From an uncultured Bacilli bacterium (lineage in GTDB: Bacteria; Bacillota_I; Bacilli_A; RF39; UBA660): a stretch of 63,691 bases of DNA. Every line of letters begins with the position of its first letter. Position 1 is the first letter of the stretch. A program made the position numbers and the translations under genes. The stretch spans positions 1 to 63,691 of the forward strand of contig CALVJB010000003.1 in assembly GCA_944332025.1 (NCBI GenBank), read 5' to 3'. The notes under the pieces were generated by a model, which worked only from the letters and a program-made list of their open reading frames with translations, had not been told where the DNA came from and ran no database searches. Positions 1 through 8,812 of the stretch are shown piece by piece.

Positions 1-51
1 TCCATCTCGCAATTTAAGTATATCATATTTCTTTAGTTTTGTGTCAACTAA

Positions 52-801
52 TTATTTATTTATGGCTGAGTAGTAACGTCTACTTATAATAAATTTAGAA
101 TTAGGTTTCTCTATCTCTCTAACAACATCTTTAATTAAATCACTATAATCAACATTCTCTAATAAACTAAACATAATCTTTTGATATTTAGTCATTGTAA
201 GAGCCTTATTTTCAAGGATATATTCATCTTTAGATTTATTATCTATCATTAAGTCATTAAAACCTGTATAATAGGCACCAGGCATTATTAAAGAGATACT
301 TATATCAAGTCCTTGATATAATAGCTCAAATCTTAGTGTACTTGCCATATTATATAGATATAATTTACTTAATGTATAAGTAGATAGATAAGGTAAAGGA
401 TAAAACACAGCCATGGATGAGGTTATAAAGATTTTACCACGTCTTTTATGATAGTAACAATATCTAAGATACTTCTGTAATAGTCTAAAATTACCTTTAA
501 TATTAACATCTATTACTTCATTAAATCTATCATTAGATATCTCTAAGATACTACCTCCATTACCAATAGATGCATGTAATATTAAACAATCTATATTAAG
601 TTTATCTATATCAAAATTACTATCTAATAAATTTAAGACTATTGGAAACATAATAATCTTCTCATGATTAATTTTCTCTTCTAAAGCATTCTTTTCTAAT
701 AAAGTCTTACATCCTGCATAAACAATATGCCCGCGTAATGCAAGAGCCTTACCAAGACTATATCCAATATTACTTCTAGAACCAGTTATTAATATATTCA
801 T
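52..801 (-). CDS. SDR-family oxidoreductase
   Basis: 249-aa ORF. N-terminal ITGSRSNIGYSLG dinucleotide-binding loop and a YTLSK (YxxxK) catalytic motif. Confidence 0.8.
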   Translation of the reverse strand: MNILITGSRSNIGYSLGKALALRGHIVYAGCKTLLEKNALEEKINHEKIIMFPIVLNLLDSNFDIDKLNIDCLILHASIGNGGSILEISNDRFNEVIDVNIKGNFRLLQKYLRYCYYHKRRGKIFITSSMAVFYPLPYLSTYTLSKLYLYNMASTLRFELLYQGLDISISLIMPGAYYTGFNDLMIDNKSKDEYILENKALTMTKYQKIMFSLLENVDYSDLIKDVVREIEKPNSKFIISRRYYSAINK

Positions 802-849
802 TTTTAGTCACTGCCTTTCTTATTAATAATATAACCAAAAAGACCTCTA

Positions 850-2124
850 TTATTTAGAAGTCTTCTTAAATATAACAAAGGATACACCTTTTTTTTCGTT
901 CTTAACTTTAATATCATAGTTCATTAGTAATAAGGTTTTCTTGACTATTGAAAGTCCTAATCCAAATTCACCCTTAATACCTTTCCGGAACGGAGTAAAG
1001 ATTCCTTCAAGGAGAGTATCATCTATATTAGGACCATCATTATATAAGGTTAAACGGTTATTTTTGGCAGTAATTTTAATTGTAGACTCTGTATATCTCA
1101 TGAAGTTAGCTAGTAAATTATCTATTACAGTTTCAAAGTAATCATGAGTACCATAGAATTTACTATTCTTATCAAAAGAAACTTCGAATTTAACATCTTT
1201 TCTTCTAAACTTAAATTCTTTTATCGCAGTATTTACTATTTCTTTGATATCTACTAACTCATAGTCTACTTTTTTATTATCTTTTAAATAATCTAATTTA
1301 TTCAAATAAAGAAGTGAATGAACTTTTAATTCTAATTTTTCTGTTTGTTCACTAATAACATCTATTACAGTATTAGCATCTTCTATTTTATCATTATAAG
1401 CTTCTATATATGATTTTATTACGGTGAGAGGTGTTTTAAAATCATGTGAAATATTTTGATACATTTGATTACGATACTCTTCTTGGTTCTTTAAAGAGAT
1501 ACGCATATCTTCAATAGCCAATTCTAATGAACGCATTTCATCGTCAATTTGAAATGATATACTATGATCATAGTTATCATTATCTATATTGTCTATTTTT
1601 TGTTTAAGCTTTTCTATTTTTCTAACTATAAAGCTTCCCCAGAATATAAGGATTAAAGCGATTATTAGAAAAGCTAGTATTACTACAGGTAGTACTGCGT
1701 CTAATATATCTTGTTTAGTCTTTTCAATATAAGTATCATTGGTAAGAGCTATTTTAGTAACATCATCATTATGGAGTGTATAATAATAATAAATTTGATT
1801 TTTATAAATAAATTTTCCGTAATTATCGGTAAAGGCATTCATAATATCATTAACATCATTAAATTCTATAATGTCATGAATATTATCTGAATAGGCAACT
1901 GTATTTCCTATTTTATATAGGTAAGCAATCTCAGTTGTAACTAAGTCTTCATTTATATCTGATTGAACAAATTCAAGAGGTTCTCTTAAGTAACTATAGA
2001 TATTACTTTCTGCAGAAGGGATAATGACTTGAGGTAATATGATTCCTAAAGTTAGAAAGAAAGCTAGAAATACTACTATTATTAATATTAATAACTGATG
2101 AGATAATTTATTAAAGTATTTCAT
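850..2124 (-). CDS. two-component sensor histidine kinase
   Basis: 424-aa ORF. Two TM segments flank an extracellular region. H-box SHDFKTPLT and HATPase motifs (NLLANFMRY, GLGLSIVK). 4-nt overlap with the upstream response regulator gene. Confidence 0.9.
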   Translation of the reverse strand: MKYFNKLSHQLLILIIVVFLAFFLTLGIILPQVIIPSAESNIYSYLREPLEFVQSDINEDLVTTEIAYLYKIGNTVAYSDNIHDIIEFNDVNDIMNAFTDNYGKFIYKNQIYYYYTLHNDDVTKIALTNDTYIEKTKQDILDAVLPVVILAFLIIALILIFWGSFIVRKIEKLKQKIDNIDNDNYDHSISFQIDDEMRSLELAIEDMRISLKNQEEYRNQMYQNISHDFKTPLTVIKSYIEAYNDKIEDANTVIDVISEQTEKLELKVHSLLYLNKLDYLKDNKKVDYELVDIKEIVNTAIKEFKFRRKDVKFEVSFDKNSKFYGTHDYFETVIDNLLANFMRYTESTIKITAKNNRLTLYNDGPNIDDTLLEGIFTPFRKGIKGEFGLGLSIVKKTLLLMNYDIKVKNEKKGVSFVIFKKTSK

Positions 2125-2783
2125 GCACTTAATCTATATCCATATCCATAAATAGTATTAACGTTTAATAAAGGCATTTTCTTTCTAAGTCTTCTAACTA
2201 AATCATCTACGGCTCTATCACTACCAAAGTAATCATTACCCCATACAGCATCTAGTATATCTTCTCTTGAAAAACTCTTATTAATATTTTCTACTAATAA
2301 TACAAGTAAATCAAATTCTAAAGTTGTAAGTTTAATAGGTTTATCTTTAACACTTACAATGCGTTTATCTAAATCTATAGAATAATCTAAGTAATTAATT
2401 ATTTTAGATTCAGTACTTTGATATACTCTTTTTATAATATTATTAACTCTTAAAACAAGTTCTTTACTAGAATAAGGTTTAGTAATGTAATCATCGCTAC
2501 CTAACTCAAGGCCTAAAATTCGATCCAAATCCTGATCTCTTGCAGATGTAAATATTACAGGTACAAGGGGATATTTTTCACGAATTGCTTTGATTACATC
2601 ATAGCCATTAACATCATCTCCTAACATTATATCTAGAATCCAAACATCAACAGGATTACCTATATAATTAATAGCTTCGCTTCCTTTAGTAAAGGTAACA
2701 ACGTCATATCCGGCTTTTTCTAAATACATTTTAACTACAGTTGCTAAATCAGTTTCATCTTCAACTAAACAAATTTTATACAT
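2121..2783 (-). CDS. OmpR/PhoB-type response regulator
   Basis: 220-aa ORF. Receiver domain (VEDE...ILDIMLGD...KP) and a C-terminal winged-helix ending GYGYRL. Confidence 0.9.
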   Translation of the reverse strand: MYKICLVEDETDLATVVKMYLEKAGYDVVTFTKGSEAINYIGNPVDVWILDIMLGDDVNGYDVIKAIREKYPLVPVIFTSARDQDLDRILGLELGSDDYITKPYSSKELVLRVNNIIKRVYQSTESKIINYLDYSIDLDKRIVSVKDKPIKLTTLEFDLLVLLVENINKSFSREDILDAVWGNDYFGSDRAVDDLVRRLRKKMPLLNVNTIYGYGYRLSA

Positions 2784-3028
2784 AACACCACCTACCCCTA
2801 GTATAACATTAATTCAAGTTTTTGCCTACAAGTAAGTAGGCTTATCACTCTCCTTTCTTTTCTATAATTTATGTAAAAAACTATAGTTGTAAACGTAACT
2901 TAAAATTCTTTACTACATTTACCACTTCCTTTCTTTTACAAGATTATCATATCAATTAAAAGTGTATAAATTATAAAAGAAATGTGGGAAATTATGGGAA
3001 AAGAAAAGAATATCTATGAAAGATACTC

Positions 3029-4879
3029 TTAACTAGCTAAGGCAATTTCAAAAGGTTGTTCTTTAGTGCCTAGACCTCCTGTTATTACTACGTTTGATTT
3101 TAGATTTATTGACGGCCGGACACCGTACGCGTTGGTCGAAGTATTGTTGTACGCGCGACCATTGTCGCCCACGTCACGCACGTAAGACGTACTATATGGT
3201 GTTAAAGTCCAATAAGATGTATTATTACCATATCTATCAAATTGTCCGGACATTAATTCTCCTAAACGGAGTAAGCCAACTTTAGCATTTGTACTTTTAG
3301 CATATCCTGACATATTAGTATCTGTATATTTTGCTAGTTTATATGATGTACCACTTACTACAGTTCCAAGGTACCAAGTTGTATTATCTTCTATCATTGA
3401 ACTATAACTACTATCCACGTAATTTGTTAGATAGTCGCCATTTAAAAATGCTCCTATAGTATTACTACTTGAAAAACTAGTATTACTTCCAAAGGCACTT
3501 GTTATAAAGGTTCCAGAACTCTTTAATGGTTCGGCACTGGTTATCTTCGTTAATCCTTTTGTTTCATGGCTTACTATTCTATATAGATTATTTTCATCAT
3601 TTCCAAATCTTATATATTCCCCACTATACCTGCTTGACAACAATGTTCCTGAAAGATTAGTATCATTATCTCCGTTTAAGCGATAAGGGTTATCTATTGT
3701 TCCATCACCATCTACAATTTTAACGCTAGATTTTAGATTTATTGATGGCCGGACACCGTACGTGTAAGACGAACTATCGCTGTACGCGTAACCAGAGTTG
3801 TTCACGTAACGCACGTTAGACGTACTATATGGTGTTAAGGTCCACCACCAAAGTCCATTATTTAAATAACCATTTGTTTCTCCATTATTACTAGACTGAT
3901 ATTCATACATATTTAAAAGTCCTACTGCATCTGTTACTATTGTACCACTATTGCTAGGTCTTGTTATACTTCCTAAACTAGTGGCATCTAATGTTGCATC
4001 CCATGTAGCATCAGTTACAATGAAATTCTCATAATCTCTTAAATTACCTAAGAAACCATCTACTGTGGTATCATTTAACCATTCTTCCATATAACTTCCT
4101 GCAAAGGCTGTATTACTACTTGCATTATATGGTATAGCACTTATATCCCACTGTGTTACTAATTTTACACTATTATCACTTGGATCTATACTAACAGCTC
4201 TCCATAACTTTCCACTATACCAGATATAATTATTAGGATTTTCTCCTGTTATAAAAGTTTGTTCAGGATCATCAGTATTTATATTATTAGAACTATCTGC
4301 AAGAAGAACTTCAGCTAGTTTTTGTTTTTCTTGGCTAACTTCTACTCTTAACTTACCACTAAATACTTGACCTGAATAATTACCATCTACTTCGTCTGTT
4401 ATCCAAAGATTTAAACTATAAGTATTTGTACCTCCACCTTCTATTGTTCCAGAGTCTAAAATTCTATTAGGGTTAGTTCCTATACTTGTTAAAAGTGTCG
4501 CTCCACTATCGGTTCCATTTTTATTTAAATTATATTTTAAATACTTATCATCTATTCTAGTATCAGTTTCACCTATAGTATTATCATCTAAATAAATTGT
4601 ATAATCTACAGCCTTATTTCCATTATTTCTTAATTCAAAGGTAGATGGTGTAGAACTCATACCTTTACTATCACTTATGCCTATAGCATTATCTAAACTT
4701 ATCCCCTCACTAGTCTCATCTAATACTAACTCCAACTCTCCTACTTTTACTATTTGATCTGTTCCAGATAACTGTGTAGAAAAGTATGCATAAGTTATCG
4801 CTAAAGCTAATACTAATATAATTATTATACTTATTACTATTGTTATTACTTTCTTCTTTTTATTATTAGTTTCTCCCAT
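3029..4879 (-). CDS. secreted surface protein: SipW-type signal peptide, camelysin/TasA-like N-domain, and two tandem lectin-like modules that each end in a hypervariable-looking block
   Basis: 616-aa ORF with the SD aggag upstream. The N-terminus has a K-rich segment, a TM segment, then TYAYFST (compare TasA/CalY xAxFxD). Two roughly 200-aa modules each end in W(W)TLTPYSTS...YGVRPSINLKS. Confidence 0.85.
   Translation of the reverse strand: MGETNNKKKKVITIVISIIIILVLALAITYAYFSTQLSGTDQIVKVGELELVLDETSEGISLDNAIGISDSKGMSSTPSTFELRNNGNKAVDYTIYLDDNTIGETDTRIDDKYLKYNLNKNGTDSGATLLTSIGTNPNRILDSGTIEGGGTNTYSLNLWITDEVDGNYSGQVFSGKLRVEVSQEKQKLAEVLLADSSNNINTDDPEQTFITGENPNNYIWYSGKLWRAVSIDPSDNSVKLVTQWDISAIPYNASSNTAFAGSYMEEWLNDTTVDGFLGNLRDYENFIVTDATWDATLDATSLGSITRPSNSGTIVTDAVGLLNMYEYQSSNNGETNGYLNNGLWWWTLTPYSTSNVRYVNNSGYAYSDSSSYTYGVRPSINLKSSVKIVDGDGTIDNPYRLNGDNDTNLSGTLLSSRYSGEYIRFGNDENNLYRIVSHETKGLTKITSAEPLKSSGTFITSAFGSNTSFSSSNTIGAFLNGDYLTNYVDSSYSSMIEDNTTWYLGTVVSGTSYKLAKYTDTNMSGYAKSTNAKVGLLRLGELMSGQFDRYGNNTSYWTLTPYSTSYVRDVGDNGRAYNNTSTNAYGVRPSINLKSNVVITGGLGTKEQPFEIALAS
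3096..3208 (-). repeat. DGR-type variable-region-like block (C-terminal module)
   Basis: 113-nt GC-rich block. It is near-identical to 3729-3841 except at positions 1-2 of 12 codons. The invariant codons contain no adenine (gtg cgt, ggt, gcg, tcg, ggt gtc cgg ccg). Confidence 0.7.
3729..3841 (-). repeat. DGR-type variable-region-like block (internal module)
   Basis: Partner of 3096-3208. The scaffold nucleotides are the same, while the flanking DNA of the two modules has diverged. Confidence 0.7.
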
Positions 4880-5029
4880 TCTTACTTCACTCCTATATCT
4901 TTTAGTATATACATTTTGCTATTCTTAATACTCTTTATTCTTATAGATAGATTATAAAATAAATATAAGGGTAATGCAAGTAAGTTATTTGTAAATTACA
5001 AGTTATTTACAAATAAGTGAAAAAACTAT

Positions 5030-5138
5030 GAATTTTGTAAATTGACCCTATTTTTTAGAGTCAATTTTTAATTTTCTCTAGACGAATTTATAAAATTGCC
5101 CCTGTTTTTTGAGTGAATTTACAAAATTACCTTTTTGC
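5030..5138 (+). repeat. degenerate roughly 30-bp tandem repeats (AAATTnnCCC...TTTTT units)
   Basis: Four units: gaattttgtaaattgaccctattttttagag / tcaatttttaattttctctagac / gaatttataaaattgcccctgttttttgag / tgaatttacaaaattacctttttgc. Confidence 0.6.
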
Positions 5139-5208
5139 AATGATTTTCTCCATATGTTAGAGTGTAGACATCTGCAGATAAATCATTATTGTTGGAGGTA
5201 TAAATATT

Positions 5209-6085
5209 ATGAAACAAGAAGAAAATAAAGATACTAAAGAAAAGAGTGAAAAGAAATTTATTAGTCTTTTAAGTGATACTACATTTAAACATTTCTTTAA
5301 AATAGAAGATTATAAAGAATTCTTTAATACTATTATTAAACCTATTATAAATATGAATATTAAGGATTTTAAGTTATATGATGCTGAACTTAATAGTGGT
5401 AATGAAAAACGCGATTATCGTTTAGATATATTACTTGTAAGTGATCTAGTTGATCTAGTTATATCAATAGAAATGAACCAGTTTCCTAGTGAAGAGACAA
5501 AATATAAAGATAGATTATATGTATATGCCTTACTTGCTAAAAGTTTAAATAGTGGTGAAGATATTAAGAAGAAGAAAGTCATTCAAATAAACTTTAATAA
5601 AGAAAAGCATCCTTATGTTAGTAAAGGTTCATTTTATTTAATGGATAAGGTAACTAATAGAGAAATAAAAGATTTTGAAATATACGAAGTGTATCTTGAA
5701 AATTACGGGAGGAATAAGATATAATGGAGACAATAAAGAAGAAGCATATCTATCTTTATTTACTGCAACCTCTTATGAAGAGTTAAGAGAAATAGCAGGA
5801 GATGATAAGGAGGCATTGAAGATTGTGGATGAATTAGAAAGACTAGGTCTTGATGATAAGTTTGGATTAGCATATGATAATGAAATAATGCAGAAAAAAA
5901 TGATTAATACCGCTCGTAATTGGGGATATGATGATGGTAAGGCAGATGGACTAGAAGAGGGTGCTAAAGCAAAAGAAATAGAAATTGCAAAAAATTTCCT
6001 TAAAGATGGCATACCTATAGATATAGTATCTAGAAATACTGGTTTAAGTGAAGAAGAGTTAGAAGAACTAAATAAAGAAGCTTAA
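5209..6085 (+). pseudogene. Rpn/YhgA-like PD-(D/E)XK recombination-promoting nuclease / putative transposase, split into two overlapping ORFs (5209-5724 and 5675-6085, +1 frame)
   Basis: The N-terminal part has LLSDTTFKHFF ... RDYRLDILL ... IEMN, which fits a PD-(D/E)XK core. The C-terminal part has the family-typical tail EIAKNFLKDGIPIDIVSRNTGLSEEELEEL. The same split is present in copy 2. Confidence 0.75.
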
Positions 6086-6099
6086 GTGCTTCTTTATTT
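6070..6099. terminator. bidirectional hairpin between the convergent Rpn-like gene and divIB
   Basis: aaataaagaagc-ttaagt-gcttctttattt: a perfect 12-bp stem with A/T runs on both sides. It overlaps both stop codons. Confidence 0.7.
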
Positions 6100-6781
6100 A
6101 TTGCATAATCTGAAAATGATTACCTGAATCTAAATATAAATAACCTTTCTTACCATCTAATTGTGGTAGTACATCATTATAATAATTTAATCTTTCAAAC
6201 TTAGTAATAGTTATATAAACACTATTGCCATCATCCATATATAGTAAAAACCTATCTTCATCGAACTCATTAGGATCATACTTAATCTCACTAATCTTTT
6301 CTCTTATACTCAAATCTACTCTTTTATAATACTTAATAAATCTATTTAATATCTTATTAGGTATCTCATTAATTAACCTAGGTATAGCATAAGGAGTCTC
6401 TTTATCTAAAGTAATCTCATCTTTATTTTCTAATACATACTTACCATTATCTTCTCTTTTACAAAGAATCTCATATTCGTTTACATTAATCTCTATAATA
6501 TGATAAAAACTTCTATTTATATCAACACTCTTAATAAGAGGATTTTCTTTTATATTATTTTTCATAGTTATATTTAATGTCTTATAGAAACTAGGATAAT
6601 CTGTAAGTCCTGCTAATTCTATTATATCATCATCACTAAGTACTTCATTGCCTGTAATTATAATATTTTTGACTTTAGTATCAAGAATAAATAAGCATAC
6701 AAAAACTATTACAGTAATTACTATAATAAATATTAAAAATGGTAATAGTCTTAATTTTTTCTTCTTGATTACTTTAGCCAT
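6098..6781 (-). CDS. divIB: cell division protein DivIB/FtsQ
   Basis: 227-aa ORF with an N-terminal TM anchor followed by a POTRA-like segment (VKNIIITGNEVLSDDDIIELAGL). It lies directly downstream of murG-murB. Confidence 0.8.
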   Translation of the reverse strand: MAKVIKKKKLRLLPFLIFIIVITVIVFVCLFILDTKVKNIIITGNEVLSDDDIIELAGLTDYPSFYKTLNITMKNNIKENPLIKSVDINRSFYHIIEINVNEYEILCKREDNGKYVLENKDEITLDKETPYAIPRLINEIPNKILNRFIKYYKRVDLSIREKISEIKYDPNEFDEDRFLLYMDDGNSVYITITKFERLNYYNDVLPQLDGKKGYLYLDSGNHFQIMQ

Positions 6782-6790
6782 ATATCACTC

Positions 6791-7708
6791 TTACTCCCAA
6801 TTTACAAATTCTTGTTCTACTTTTAAATCTATTCCATAATGTTCTTTAACTGCATCTTTTACAAATAGTATTAAATCATGGATATCTTTAGCACTTGCAT
6901 TATTTTTATTAATTATAAAATTAGCATGTATCTCACTAACTTCTGCTCCTCCTTTAGTAAGTCCTTTTAGTCCTAAATCTTCTATTAACTTACCTGATGG
7001 ATCGGCATTAGGGGGATTTCTAAAGACACTACCTGCACTAGGATAAGTTAATGGTTGTGATTTAACACGTCTTTCTCTTCTATCTTTAACAACTTCTTCT
7101 AAAGCATTTTTATCTCCTTTTGCTAAACTTAAAGTTGCTTCTAAACAAATATAATTAGGATGAGACTGTAAGAAACTACTACGATAATGAAAATTCATTT
7201 CTTCATTAGTTAGAGTTATAATCTTTAAATCATCTGTTAGGACTTTAACTCCTCTTGTAATATAACCCATATCACTTTTATAAGCCCCAGCATTCATATA
7301 AACTGCTCCCCCAATTGTTCCTGGTATACCACAAGCGAATTCTAGTCCTGCTAGCCCTTTTTTAATAGATTCTCTTGCTACTTTCATTAAACTTGCTCCC
7401 GCTCCGCATATTATTTTAGTACCAAAGAACTCTATTTTATCAAACTCATCTAATTTAATTAAAACTCCTTCATAAGTCTTATCACTAAATAATAGATTAC
7501 TTCCATTACCAAGTATTTTATACTTAATATTATATTTTTTTATTAACTTACATAATAATACTAACTTATCAGTATTTTTAGGATATATTATCGCTCTAAC
7601 CAATCCTCCTACTTTATAAGTAGTAAACTTGCTAGCGAAAACATCTTTTTGAATCTTTCCTATATCATTAGATTCTACTTCTTTTAAAAACTCCTTCATT
7701 CTACTCAT
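6791..7708 (-). CDS. murB: UDP-N-acetylenolpyruvoylglucosamine reductase
   Basis: 305-aa ORF with an FAD-binding N-domain (TTYKVGG...ILGNGSNLLF) and a conserved MurB C-terminus (GSVFRNP...AGKLIE). Confidence 0.93.
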   Translation of the reverse strand: MSRMKEFLKEVESNDIGKIQKDVFASKFTTYKVGGLVRAIIYPKNTDKLVLLCKLIKKYNIKYKILGNGSNLLFSDKTYEGVLIKLDEFDKIEFFGTKIICGAGASLMKVARESIKKGLAGLEFACGIPGTIGGAVYMNAGAYKSDMGYITRGVKVLTDDLKIITLTNEEMNFHYRSSFLQSHPNYICLEATLSLAKGDKNALEEVVKDRRERRVKSQPLTYPSAGSVFRNPPNADPSGKLIEDLGLKGLTKGGAEVSEIHANFIINKNNASAKDIHDLILFVKDAVKEHYGIDLKVEQEFVNWE

Positions 7709-8783
7709 CCCTAACTAATTTTAAAATCTCTTCATATATTCTAGTTGCACTATCTAAAGTTCCTCTTTTTAATAAAGCACTCTTCATGCTTTTTAATTTT
7801 TCTTTATCATTAAGAGTCTTATCTAATAGATTAACTAAACTATCTTTATTAAAGTCTTCCTCTTTAAGGATAATACATGCTCCATCATCCTCTAGACTCT
7901 TAGCATTTACATATTGATGATTATTAGTAACATATGGACTAGGTACCATAATAGCAGGTAATCCTATACTTGTTATTTCTGCAATAGTAGAAGCCCCACT
8001 TCTAGTTACTATTAAGTCTGTATCTTTCATTAGTCCTAACAAATTATCCACAAAAGGAACTAGTTTTACATTACTACTTAGTTTTATATCTTTATAATCA
8101 TCATAATAGTTTTTACCTGTTATTAATAAGACTTGATAATCTTTATTTTTAAATAGAGGTAATACCTCTTTTAACTTCTTAGTCATTGTTAAAGATCCAA
8201 GTGAACCCATAACTATTATAACAAGGGCTTTATCTTTTTTAAAGCCTAAGGTTGTTTTATTAATCTTTTCTATATCTTTTATCTGTTCACTACGAGGATT
8301 TCCTGTATAGATTGTTTTATTTTTTGGAAAGTCTTTAATACTCTCTTTAAAAGATACTAATACTTTATCTACATATCTTGATAGGAATTTATTAGAAACA
8401 CCTGGTATAGAGTTTTGTTCATGAATAATTGTTTTTATATTAAGTTTAGATGCAGAGTATATAACTGGTGCTGATATATAACCACCAAAGCCTATAACTA
8501 CATCTGGCTTAAACTTAACTAACTCATTCTTAGCTTTCTTTACGGCTCTAAAATATGTTTTCATAACATCTATATTCTTAAAGATATTCTTTCTATTTAA
8601 TCCTTTCATCTCTATTCCTACATAAGGTATACCTTGTTTAGGAATAATATCTTTTTCCATTCTATCAGTAGTACCAATATAGAGAATCTCTACATCTTTA
8701 TCTTTTTCTTTAAGTTTAGATATTAATGCTAAAGCTGGAAAAATATGTCCCCCTGTACCTCCTGCTGTTATAACTACTTTCAT
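7701..8783 (-). CDS. murG: undecaprenyldiphospho-muramoylpentapeptide beta-N-acetylglucosaminyltransferase
   Basis: 360-aa ORF. N-terminal ITAGGTGGHIFPALAL and C-terminal TRSGASTIAEI motifs. Confidence 0.93.
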   Translation of the reverse strand: MKVVITAGGTGGHIFPALALISKLKEKDKDVEILYIGTTDRMEKDIIPKQGIPYVGIEMKGLNRKNIFKNIDVMKTYFRAVKKAKNELVKFKPDVVIGFGGYISAPVIYSASKLNIKTIIHEQNSIPGVSNKFLSRYVDKVLVSFKESIKDFPKNKTIYTGNPRSEQIKDIEKINKTTLGFKKDKALVIIVMGSLGSLTMTKKLKEVLPLFKNKDYQVLLITGKNYYDDYKDIKLSSNVKLVPFVDNLLGLMKDTDLIVTRSGASTIAEITSIGLPAIMVPSPYVTNNHQYVNAKSLEDDGACIILKEEDFNKDSLVNLLDKTLNDKEKLKSMKSALLKRGTLDSATRIYEEILKLVRDE

Positions 8784-8812
8784 ATTATCGTCCTTCCTAT
8801 TATAAGATATGT

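Larger units (their letters stand above)
5027..6085 (+). repeat. inverted-repeat copy 1 (Rpn-like gene plus its upstream repeat array)
   Basis: Reverse complement of 24792-25838. The upstream array and the first roughly 650 nt of coding sequence are near-identical. The 3' third is more diverged and includes a 12-nt in-frame indel. Confidence 0.9.

Noticed and set aside
941-1141. Short ORFs antisense to or overlapping long genes: 941-1141, 5773-6012, 6648-6839, 8745-8981, 11525-11818, 27573-27794, 29494-29748, 35663-35854, 38301-38513, 49417-49665, 49788-49982, 52058-52252, 53087-53311, 53546-53857, 54098-54301, 55143-55340, 59020-59202 and 62105-62305.
   Set aside because: Each lies inside a longer gene with clear family motifs on the opposite strand or in another frame. 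Their products are of low complexity and they have no ribosome-binding sites.
2823-2842. The hairpin gcctac-aagtaa-gtaggc as a terminator of the 616-aa gene.
   Set aside because: On the minus-strand transcript the hairpin is followed by an A-run, not a U-run. On the plus strand no gene ends there. Its function is unclear.
3094-3285. 63-aa plus-strand ORF rich in Arg, Cys and His, overlapping the 616-aa gene. The same applies to 37625-37870 opposite the 571-aa gene.
   Set aside because: These are antisense shadows created by the GC-rich blocks, where the lack of A/T removes stop codons. There is no SD, and they lie fully inside well-supported minus-strand genes.
3729-3841. Whether one of the two blocks is itself the DGR template repeat for the other.
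   Set aside because: The differences are not unidirectional. In each direction several changes would start from T, G or C rather than A (for example TAC versus GAC). Both blocks therefore look like variable regions derived from a third, unseen template.
5030-5138. The tandem repeats upstream of the Rpn-like genes as a possible CRISPR array.
   Set aside because: The units are degenerate and directly abutting, with no unique spacers. There are no cas genes, and the array is duplicated as part of the inverted repeat.
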